A DNA stretch of 64,000 bases from an uncultured delta proteobacterium (lineage in GTDB: Bacteria; Myxococcota_A; Polyangia; Polyangiales; Polyangiaceae): the NCBI GenBank assembly GCA_963782055.1, contig CAWAIF010000003.1:4896001-4960000 (forward strand), given 5' to 3'. The notes beneath the pieces are model-generated. The model saw nothing but the letters and a program-made list of their open reading frames with translations, ran no database searches and was not told where the DNA came from. This document shows positions 56,579 through 64,000 of this stretch, one piece after another; within the stretch, counting starts at the first letter, position 1, and each line of letters starts with the position of its first letter. The position numbers and the translations under genes are program-made.

Positions 56579-58519
56579 ATGGACGCCGACGTCGCGGAGC
56601 TGGTCCGGAGGGAGCGCATCGCGGAGGCGGCGGAGCTGGCGAGCAGCCGCGGCGACGCGATGACGGCGGCGGACCTCTTCGAGCGCGCGTGCGACTTCGG
56701 CCGCGCCTCGCGCGAGGCCATGCGGGCGGGGAGGCCGGACCGCGCGCTGTGCCTCGCGGTCGTGGCCGCGGACGCGGAGTCGGCGCAGCGCGCGCTCGAC
56801 GCCGTCCGCGCGAAGGGCGAGGCGGCGCTCGCGAGGGTGGCGGCGGAGCTGGAGCAGCGCGGGGACCACGCGTGGGCGGCGCGCGCCTTCGAGGCAGCGC
56901 TCCGCTCGCTCGACGCGGCGCGGGCGTGGGAGCACGCCGGCGAGGCGGTGCGCAGCGCGTCGCTCTACGAGCGGGGCAACGATCCGGTCGCGGCCTCCAA
57001 GGTGCTCGAGGCGGCGCTCCGCCGCGAGCCTTCGCGCCACGACTGCCAGGTGGCGCTCGGCAAGCTGCTCCTGCGCTACGGCAAGCACGAGGCGGGCGTG
57101 CGCGCGCTGCAGCAGGTGCCGGCGGGCGCGCCGGAGCGACGAGCCGCCCTCGCCGGGCTGGTCACCGGGCTGGGCGCGCTCGGGCTCTCGCAGGCCGCCG
57201 ACGCGGCCGCGCGCGAGCTGGAGTCGCTGGGCGGCGCGCCGCCGGAGGCCACGCCCGCGCCGCAGGGCGAGGTGAAGCGCCGCATGTACGGTCGCTACGA
57301 CGTGGTGCGCGACGTCGCCTCCACCGCCACCGCGCGCGTCATCGAGTGCGTGGACTCGGTGCGCGGCGAGCGCGTGGCGGTGAAGGTGTTCGCCGGCTAC
57401 GACGTGCGCGGCGCGGGGCGCGACGCGCTCATGCGCTTCGAGCGGGAGGTGCGCGTGCTCGCCGCCATCGACCACCCGAACGTCGTGCCCCTGCGCGACT
57501 TCTTCCCCGACGGCCCCGCGCTGGTGCTCGCGTGGATGAGCGGCGGCACGCTCGAGCACATGATGCAGTCGCCCATCGCCCCCGCGCGCGCGGTGGAGAT
57601 CGCCGAGGCGGTGCTCAGCGCGCTGGGCGAGGCGCACCGGCACGGCGTGCTGCACCGCGACATCAAGCCGGCCAACGTGCTCTTCGACGACGCCGGCGTC
57701 GCGCGGCTCGCCGACTTCGGCGTCGCGCACCTGGGCGACCTCACCGCGACGGCGACGGCCGGCGTCATCGGCACGCTGGCGTACATGAGCCCGGAGCAGC
57801 GGGAGGGCAAGCCGGCCACCGTGCAGAGCGACCTCTACGGCGTGGGCGCCATCCTCTTCGAGATGCTGACCGGCGAGCGCCTCGTCCTCGGCGAGGAGCC
57901 GCGCACACGTCCGAGCGGCGTGCACCGCGATCTCGACGTGCGCCACGACGAGGTGGTCCTCGGCATGCTCGCGGTGGAGCGGGAGCAGCGGCCCCCGGAC
58001 GCCTTCTCGGCGCGCCGCAGACTGTCCGCCCTCCACTGGCCCTCCACGGTGGAGCGCGCCGCGCCGCAGGCCCCGCGCGAGCGCGAGCGGAGCGAGCGAC
58101 CGGGGGCGGTGCGGCTCGTCACCGGACCGGACGGCGTCACCACCGACACCCTCGCCGGGCGGCGCCTGCAGCGCGTCCCGCTCACCGATCGCACCCTCGG
58201 CCGCGCGGGGGCGTTCGCGCGGGCGGGGGAACCGGTGCTCCAGACCGTGCTCCGGGCGGACCGCGCGGCGGGGGAGATCTGGCTGGACGAGCCGAGGGGC
58301 AAGCCGATCGACCGCCCGCTGCACCCGCAGGAGCAGGCGGCGCTCACCCGCGCGCTGGACGCGCTGCACGGGCAAGGCGTGGTGCACGGTCACGTGGACC
58401 GCGCGCACGTGCTCGTCGCCGAGACCGGCGGCGTGCTCCTGCGGTTCGAGCCGGCGAGCGATCCCACCGCCACCGCCGACACCGACTGGGCGCAGCTCAG
58501 GCGGCTGGGCGCGCCCTAG
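56579..58519 (+). CDS. TPR-like Ser/Thr kinase with a C-terminal kinase-like remnant
   Basis: VAVK, HRDIKPAN, DFG and GTLAYMSPE; atypical G-loop ASTATA; tail LHGQGVVHGHVDRAHVLV. Confidence 0.88.
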   Translation: MDADVAELVRRERIAEAAELASSRGDAMTAADLFERACDFGRASREAMRAGRPDRALCLAVVAADAESAQRALDAVRAKGEAALARVAAELEQRGDHAWAARAFEAALRSLDAARAWEHAGEAVRSASLYERGNDPVAASKVLEAALRREPSRHDCQVALGKLLLRYGKHEAGVRALQQVPAGAPERRAALAGLVTGLGALGLSQAADAAARELESLGGAPPEATPAPQGEVKRRMYGRYDVVRDVASTATARVIECVDSVRGERVAVKVFAGYDVRGAGRDALMRFEREVRVLAAIDHPNVVPLRDFFPDGPALVLAWMSGGTLEHMMQSPIAPARAVEIAEAVLSALGEAHRHGVLHRDIKPANVLFDDAGVARLADFGVAHLGDLTATATAGVIGTLAYMSPEQREGKPATVQSDLYGVGAILFEMLTGERLVLGEEPRTRPSGVHRDLDVRHDEVVLGMLAVEREQRPPDAFSARRRLSALHWPSTVERAAPQAPRERERSERPGAVRLVTGPDGVTTDTLAGRRLQRVPLTDRTLGRAGAFARAGEPVLQTVLRADRAAGEIWLDEPRGKPIDRPLHPQEQAALTRALDALHGQGVVHGHVDRAHVLVAETGGVLLRFEPASDPTATADTDWAQLRRLGAP

Positions 58520-59210
58520 CGGGCAGCGCGGCGGCCAGCACGGCGCCGAGGACACGCTCGCACGCGGGGAGGTGCTGCTCGCCCAGGCCGCTCGGCCAGT
58601 GCAGGAAGGTCCAGACGATGCCGCGCGGGACGCCCATCCCTCGACGGGGCGAGAGCCCGCGGGTCACCACGTGCGTCGTGTCGTTGCAGACGTACGCGTT
58701 GTCCTCACGCGGGGCGACCAGCCGCGCGGACGGCATCACCGCGCCGAGGGTCCCCGCCTCCCGCGCGATGGCGGCGCGCGCGGCGCGCAGGAGGGCGTGG
58801 GCGGGCATGTGTACTCTACATGTTCTTCGCGGCGTCGCGAGCTCCGCGGGCAGGGCGCCGCGGGCGTCCACCTTCCGGACGCGGGAGGCTCCCGCCCCCC
58901 GCTCGATCCAGAGCGGCTGCGCCGGGCCGGCGACGCCGTTCATGATCACCACGTGAGGCCGGAGCGCGCGGATCTCCCGCAGCACCAGGGTCCCCGCCTC
59001 CTCCCACGCGACCGGAAGCACCATCCCCGTGACGCGCACGCACCGGCGGCCGAGGCGCAGCTCGCCGCGCGCGGAGGCGAGCGCGCCCGGGGCGTCCGCG
59101 TAAGCGAGGCCGGGCACCAGCCGCGAGACGAGCAGGCCGGTGGCGTTGCGCGCGACGCCCGGGAAGGCACCGAAGCCGGTCAGAAGGACGCGCGGAGAGG
59201 AGAGGCGCAT
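58497..59210 (-). CDS. Pyroglutamyl-peptidase I (C15)-like protein
   Basis: VLLTGFGAF..N, LPVAW, IER, AYVCN and FLHWP. Confidence 0.8.
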   Translation of the reverse strand: MRLSSPRVLLTGFGAFPGVARNATGLLVSRLVPGLAYADAPGALASARGELRLGRRCVRVTGMVLPVAWEEAGTLVLREIRALRPHVVIMNGVAGPAQPLWIERGAGASRVRKVDARGALPAELATPRRTCRVHMPAHALLRAARAAIAREAGTLGAVMPSARLVAPREDNAYVCNDTTHVVTRGLSPRRGMGVPRGIVWTFLHWPSGLGEQHLPACERVLGAVLAAALPARARPAA

Positions 59211-59226
59211 CGACGCCGGCCGGCGG

Positions 59227-60525
59227 TCACCGCCGGGAGAGCGCGACGGGCAGCAAGAGCAGGAAGCGGGTGCCCTCGTCGCGCGCGCTCTCCACCTCGA
59301 TGCTGCCGCCGTGGGCGGCGACGATGTCCTTCACGATGGACAGGCCAAGGCCGTTGCCGCGCCCCTCACCCTTGGTGGTGAAGAAGGCGTCGAAGAGGTG
59401 CGGGAGGTGGTCGTCCTCGATGCCGTGACCGTTGTCCCCCACCACGACGCGCACCGCCGTGTCGTCCGCCCAGAGGTCGGTGGAGACGAGCAGCTTGCCG
59501 CCACGTGGGGGCATCGCGTGGCAGGCGTTGGTGAACAGGTTGACGAAGACCTGCGCGAGCTGCTCGGGCATGCCCCAGATCGGCAGCACGCCGTCGCCGA
59601 AGCGCCGCTCCACCGCGACGCCGTGTTCCTCGAGGATGTGGTCGCAGAAGGTGAGCGCCTGCTCGATGACCGCGCTGACGACGATGGGCTGCGGCTTGCC
59701 TGTCGAGGGGCGCGCGTAGGTCACCAGATCGCGCGAGAGGCGGAGCATGCGCTGCGCGGAGTCAGCGATGCGCCGCAGCCGCTCGAGGTCGTCCTCGTCG
59801 CCGCGCGCGGTCGCCCGCTTGGCGAGGTAGTCGGTGTACGCGACGATGGAGGTGAGCGGGTTGTTGAGCTCGTGCACCATCCCGGCGGCGAGCTGCCCGA
59901 GCGAGGCGAGCTTCTCGGTGTGCACGAGCTGGTTCTCGCGCTCCTTGAGGACGCGCTCGCTCCGCGACAGCCTCTCGGCCATGCGCGCGTGGCGGAGCAC
60001 GGACGGCAGCGCGAAGCGCGCGCGGTGGGCCAGCTGCATGGGCACCGACGTCTCCTCGGCGAGCGTGGGGTCGTTGCCCGCCACCCAGAGCTCCAGGCCG
60101 GACTCGTCGGTGGTGCGCGCCGGGAGCTCCACGGCGAAGGTCCCGAACATGGGCGCGCCGGGCGTCGACCCGCCGGAGAAGGCGCCGCTCGGCCGGTCGG
60201 TACCCTTCGCGTTGGGGACGGCACGAAAGGACCGGCAGCTCCCCTCCCCCTGGACGCGGAGGCCGACCGCGCACCCCGGCAGGACGGCCGCGAGCCGGTC
60301 CACCACCGACTGCGCGACGGCGTCCTCGCCCTGCGCGAAGGGCAGCTCGGAGAGCACGGCGATGAGGCGGTCGAGCGCGCGCGAGGGGATGTCGGCGAGG
60401 GGCACGCTGCGGCTGGTGGAGACGGCCTCCTCCGCCATCACCATCCCGGACACGCTCGCGCGCGGGTGCGGCTCGTTCTCGGGGGCCTCCGCGGCCTTGC
60501 TCATGGGGTCCCTTTCCCGGGGCAT
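59227..60525 (-). CDS. Sensor histidine kinase (NtrB-like)
   Basis: EKLASLGQLAAGMVHELNNPL, NLFTNACHA, DNGHGI and GNGLGL. Start may be 60504. Confidence 0.92.
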   Translation of the reverse strand: MPRERDPMSKAAEAPENEPHPRASVSGMVMAEEAVSTSRSVPLADIPSRALDRLIAVLSELPFAQGEDAVAQSVVDRLAAVLPGCAVGLRVQGEGSCRSFRAVPNAKGTDRPSGAFSGGSTPGAPMFGTFAVELPARTTDESGLELWVAGNDPTLAEETSVPMQLAHRARFALPSVLRHARMAERLSRSERVLKERENQLVHTEKLASLGQLAAGMVHELNNPLTSIVAYTDYLAKRATARGDEDDLERLRRIADSAQRMLRLSRDLVTYARPSTGKPQPIVVSAVIEQALTFCDHILEEHGVAVERRFGDGVLPIWGMPEQLAQVFVNLFTNACHAMPPRGGKLLVSTDLWADDTAVRVVVGDNGHGIEDDHLPHLFDAFFTTKGEGRGNGLGLSIVKDIVAAHGGSIEVESARDEGTRFLLLLPVALSRR

Positions 60526-60531
60526 GCCCGA

Positions 60532-62541
60532 TCACCCGCCTGTCGGCGGGTGCCCCCCTTCTTCGCTGGCCTTGTCCAGGTCGAGGATCTTCGCCTGGCC
60601 CACGTAGCTCTTGGTCTCGTACTTGGTGATCTTGCCGATCTTCCGGACGATCTCCGCCATGCGCTCCGCCTCGGCGCGGATCACCTCCGCCACCTCGTGG
60701 GCGGGCGCGGAGGGATCCAGCTTGCGCTTGAGCAGCTCGGCGGACATCACGACGGAGGTGAGCGGCTGGTTGAGCTCGTGCGCGGCGGCGCCGGCCAGCT
60801 CGGCGATGACGGCCTGCCGCTCCTGCGCGAGGAGCTGCTCCTGCGCCTGCTGCAGGCGCGCCTCCATGCGGATCTTCTCGCGCAGGTCGGTGAAGATGCC
60901 CACCGACCCGACGACCGCGGTGCCGTCGTAGAGCAGCGCCGCGGAGAGGCTCACCGGCACGTGCTCGCCCTGCGAGGTCAGGATGTCGGCGCGCATGCCC
61001 TCCACCCTGCCCTGCCCCTCCCGGATCAGGCGCATGACGCGGAGGGCGCCATCGTCGGGGTAGAGCGCGCGGACGTCGGTCCCGATCACCTGGGCGGCGG
61101 GCACGCCGTAGATGCGCTCCGCCGCGCGGTTGAACAGCAGCACGCTCCCCTTGAGATCGGCGCTGATGATGGCGTCGACGCTGGAGTCGATGACGCGCTC
61201 GAGGAAGTTCTTGGTCTTCAGCAGCTCCGCCGCGACCTCGCGATCGCGGGTGACGTCTCGGAAGTTGCAGAGGACCACGCCTTCTTCCCGGAGCACCGAG
61301 CTGAAGGAGAGGCTGAGGATCAGCGGCGCGCCGTTCTTGTGGCGCACGCGCACGTCCAGGTCGCGCGGATACAGGCCCCTCGCGAAGCCCTCGCGCAGCT
61401 CGTGCCCGCGGTTCGCCTCCTCGCGCGAGAGCAGGTCACCCAGGCGGCGGCCGCGCAGGTCCTCCTCGCCGTAGCCGGTGATCTCCCGCGCCTTCGGGTT
61501 GGAGAAGAGCAGGCGGCCCTCCTGGTCCAGCACGACGATGCCGTCGGCGGCGCTCTCGAAGAAGTCGGCGTAGCGCTGCAGCGAGCGCAGGCGCCGCTCC
61601 GCCTCGAAGCGCGCGACGGTGACCTGCTGGGTCTGGTCGCGCAGCGACTGGAGGACCCGCGCGTTGCGCAGGGCGATGGCCATCGCGTTGGAGACGGTGC
61701 GGCAGAGCGCCAGCTCCCGCTCGCCGAAGGCGACCTGGTGCTTGGCGCGCAGGAAGAGCACGCCCATCGGCCGCTCCTCGTAGAGGATGGGCAGGATGGC
61801 GAGCGAGTTGAAGGCGCGCGCCTGCGTGTCGTGGCGGACGATCTCCAGCAGCGGGTGGGTCGCCGCGTCGCGGATGACCAGCGCCTCGCCGCTCTGGAGC
61901 ACCTGCTTGATCTCCGGGTACTTCTCCAGGTCGATGGGCAGGTCGCGCAGGGACTCGTCGTCGCTCGCGGCGACGACGTAACCCACGTCGCCCTGCTCGC
62001 GCACGAGCACGATGCTCACGCGGTCGACCTTGGCGACCTCCGCGATGCGCTGCACGACGGTGAAGAGGATGCCGCGAAAATCCAGGTTGGACGCGAGCGC
62101 CTGGGTGAGCTCCAGGACGACCTGGGCGTCGCGCTCCTTGCGCTCCAGCTCGTCCATCACGCGCCGCAGGCGGAGCTGGCCGCGGATGCGCGCCACGAGC
62201 TCGACGGGGCGGAAGGGCTTGCGGACGAAGTCGTCGGCGCCCGACTCGAAGGCGCGCGCGACCTCGGCGTCGGCGTCGAGCGCGGTGAGCACGACGACCG
62301 GGACGTCCTGCGTCTCCGGCCGCGAACGCAGGATGCGCAGCACCTGGTAGCCGTCGGGCGGGGGCATCACCAGATCGAGCAACACCAGCGAGGGCCGGAC
62401 CTGATCCACCTTCTGCAGGGCCTCTGTGCCGGACGACACCGCCACGTAGGGCAGGTCGGCTGTGGACAACGCCTGGCAGAGCACGTGGCGGCTCACCGCG
62501 TCGTCGTCCACAACAAGGACAGGACCTACCACCACGTACAA
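60532..62541 (-). CDS. REC-GAF-PAS-PAS-HisKA protein lacking HATPase_c
   Basis: VLVVDDD/LLDLVMP/KPF receiver, GAF, two PAS domains, AHELNQPL, then a stop with no N/G boxes. Confidence 0.88.
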   Translation of the reverse strand: MYVVVGPVLVVDDDAVSRHVLCQALSTADLPYVAVSSGTEALQKVDQVRPSLVLLDLVMPPPDGYQVLRILRSRPETQDVPVVVLTALDADAEVARAFESGADDFVRKPFRPVELVARIRGQLRLRRVMDELERKERDAQVVLELTQALASNLDFRGILFTVVQRIAEVAKVDRVSIVLVREQGDVGYVVAASDDESLRDLPIDLEKYPEIKQVLQSGEALVIRDAATHPLLEIVRHDTQARAFNSLAILPILYEERPMGVLFLRAKHQVAFGERELALCRTVSNAMAIALRNARVLQSLRDQTQQVTVARFEAERRLRSLQRYADFFESAADGIVVLDQEGRLLFSNPKAREITGYGEEDLRGRRLGDLLSREEANRGHELREGFARGLYPRDLDVRVRHKNGAPLILSLSFSSVLREEGVVLCNFRDVTRDREVAAELLKTKNFLERVIDSSVDAIISADLKGSVLLFNRAAERIYGVPAAQVIGTDVRALYPDDGALRVMRLIREGQGRVEGMRADILTSQGEHVPVSLSAALLYDGTAVVGSVGIFTDLREKIRMEARLQQAQEQLLAQERQAVIAELAGAAAHELNQPLTSVVMSAELLKRKLDPSAPAHEVAEVIRAEAERMAEIVRKIGKITKYETKSYVGQAKILDLDKASEEGGHPPTGG

Positions 62542-62568
62542 AAGTCTACGCTGCGCGGGAAGCCACGT

Positions 62569-63675
62569 CTACTCGTCGGATTCTTCACCCTTTTGCGTGT
62601 CGAACAGGCCGGTTTGGGCCGGCGTGCCCCGCGTGGGCGAGACGCCCATGTGCTCGTAGGCCTTGCGCGTGGCGATGCGGCCGCGGGGCGTGCGGCCCAA
62701 AAAACCCTGCTGCAGGAGGAACGGCTCGTAGACGTCCTCGACGGTGTCGCGCGGCTCGCCGAGCGCGGCGGCGAGCGTCTCCACGCCGACCGGGCCGCCG
62801 TCGTAGTCCTCGATGATGATGCGCAGCAGCCGGCGGTCCATCTCGTCGAAGCCGGCCTCGTCGATCTCCAGGCGGCGTGCGGCCTCCTTGACGGCGGCCG
62901 CGTCGATGTCGCCGGTGCCGAGCACCTCGGCGAAGTCGCGCACGCGGCGCAGCAGGCGGTTGGCCACGCGCGGGGTGCCGCGGGCGCGCCGGGCGATCTC
63001 GGTGCAGGCGGCGTCGTCGATGGTCGCGCCGAGCAGCCGCGCGCTCCGATCCACGATGCGCGCGAGCTCCGGGACCGGATAGAAGTCCAGCCGCACGATG
63101 TGCCCGAAGCGGGAGAAGAGCGGCGCGGTGAGCAGTCCGGTGCGCGTCGTCGCGCCGACGAGGGTGAAGGGCTTGAGGTCGATCTGGATGGAGGACGCGA
63201 AGGCCCCCTCCCCCGTCATGACGTCGATGCGGAAGTCCTCCATCGCCGGGTAGAGGCTCTCCTCCACCACCGGGTTGAGGCGGTGGATCTCGTCGATGAA
63301 GAGGATGTCGCCCGGGCCGAGCTTGGTGAGCAGGCCGGCGAGGGCGCCCTTGTGCTCGACCACCGGGCCGTTGGTCATGTGCAGCTCGACGCCCATCTCG
63401 TGGGCGAGGATCTGCGCGAGGGTCGTCTTGCCCAGGCCGGGCGGGCCGCACAGCAGGAGGTGATCCAGCGGCTCGCCGCGGCGCTTCGCCGCCTCGACGA
63501 AGACGCGCAGGTTGTCCTTGTGCTTCTCCTGGCCGACGTAGTCGTCGAACGTCCGCGGCCGCAGGGTGCGGTCGTAGCGCGAGTCGTCGCCCTGCGCCGA
63601 CCCGTCGAGCGGGTGCGCGACCGGCTCGGCGACGGCGGACCTCGGCGCTTTCCCGTTCGGCACGCCGCCGCTCAC
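62569..63675 (-). CDS. ruvB: Holliday junction branch migration ATPase RuvB
   Basis: [29 protein letters not shown] and RTPRGR. GTG overlaps the icd TGA. Confidence 0.97.
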   Translation of the reverse strand: MSGGVPNGKAPRSAVAEPVAHPLDGSAQGDDSRYDRTLRPRTFDDYVGQEKHKDNLRVFVEAAKRRGEPLDHLLLCGPPGLGKTTLAQILAHEMGVELHMTNGPVVEHKGALAGLLTKLGPGDILFIDEIHRLNPVVEESLYPAMEDFRIDVMTGEGAFASSIQIDLKPFTLVGATTRTGLLTAPLFSRFGHIVRLDFYPVPELARIVDRSARLLGATIDDAACTEIARRARGTPRVANRLLRRVRDFAEVLGTGDIDAAAVKEAARRLEIDEAGFDEMDRRLLRIIIEDYDGGPVGVETLAAALGEPRDTVEDVYEPFLLQQGFLGRTPRGRIATRKAYEHMGVSPTRGTPAQTGLFDTQKGEESDE

Positions 63676-64000
63676 ATGTGCGCGATCAGGTTGTCCCCGA
63701 ACTCGCTGCACTTCACCTCCGTCGCGCCCTCCATCAGGCGGGCGAAGTCGTAGGTGACGCGCTTGGAGGCGATGGCGCCGTCCATGGCCTTGATGACGCG
63801 GTCGGCCGCCTCGGTCCAGCCCATGTAGCGGAGCATCATCTCGCCGGAGAGGATGACCGAGCCGGGGTTGACCTTGTCCAGGTCGGCGTACTTGGGCGCC
63901 GTGCCGTGGGTCGCCTCGAAGATGGCGTGGCCGGTGACGTAGTTGACGTTGCCGCCCGGCGCGATGCCGATGCCGCCGACCTGCGCGGCCAGCGCGTCGG
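63672..64000 (-). CDS. icd: NADP-dependent isocitrate dehydrogenase, 3' part
   Basis: [33 protein letters not shown] and VTYDFARLM. Confidence 0.95.
   Translation of the reverse strand, partial: DALAAQVGGIGIAPGGNVNYVTGHAIFEATHGTAPKYADLDKVNPGSVILSGEMMLRYMGWTEAADRVIKAMDGAIASKRVTYDFARLMEGATEVKCSEFGDNLIAHM

Noticed and set aside
59140..63753. Very long plus-strand ORF (1537 aa) and similar ones (42080-45439, 14225-17233, 7313-10240, 48469-51363)
   Set aside because: These are antisense shadows of well-supported genes, expected in high-GC DNA where stop codons are rare. They contain no recognisable motifs.

Overview
A very GC-rich bacterial window, most likely from a Polyangiales-like myxobacterium. 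This is inferred from the several Ser/Thr kinases, the many Cys-rich lipoproteins with DAG/DGG-rich linkers, and the IgGFc-binding and RCC1 surface proteins. Core genes include a CLC antiporter, mgtE, obgE, pspA, lpdA, a 2-oxoacid dehydrogenase E1 alpha, a YfhL-type ferredoxin, ruvB and partial icd. They are interleaved with many secreted hypotheticals. The best candidate for a new system is an A/T-richer island at about 11.2-13.9 kb. It holds a duplicated two-gene cassette: an Asp-box/BNR lipoprotein plus a Cys-rich partner. The first gene has a (CAGG)7 tract just after its RBS and ATG that puts it out of frame, while 6 or 9 units would restore a full lipoprotein, which suggests a phase-variation switch. 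The second copy is broken by an internal deletion. A second candidate is a four-helix-bundle gene at 42.1-42.8 kb with a nested-stem leader and tandem repeats, sitting in frame with a headless RCC1 remnant. Also noted: a modular palindromic repeat mosaic upstream of mgtE, an orphan SctU/FlhB coupled to obgE, an archaeal-type TrmY, a HisKA protein lacking its ATPase domain, a 1-nt frameshift in a hydrolase lipoprotein, and a 58-aa CxxC protein missing from the ORF track. No rRNA, tRNA, CRISPR array, transposase or reverse transcriptase was recognised. All family calls come from motif recognition by eye, not database searches.
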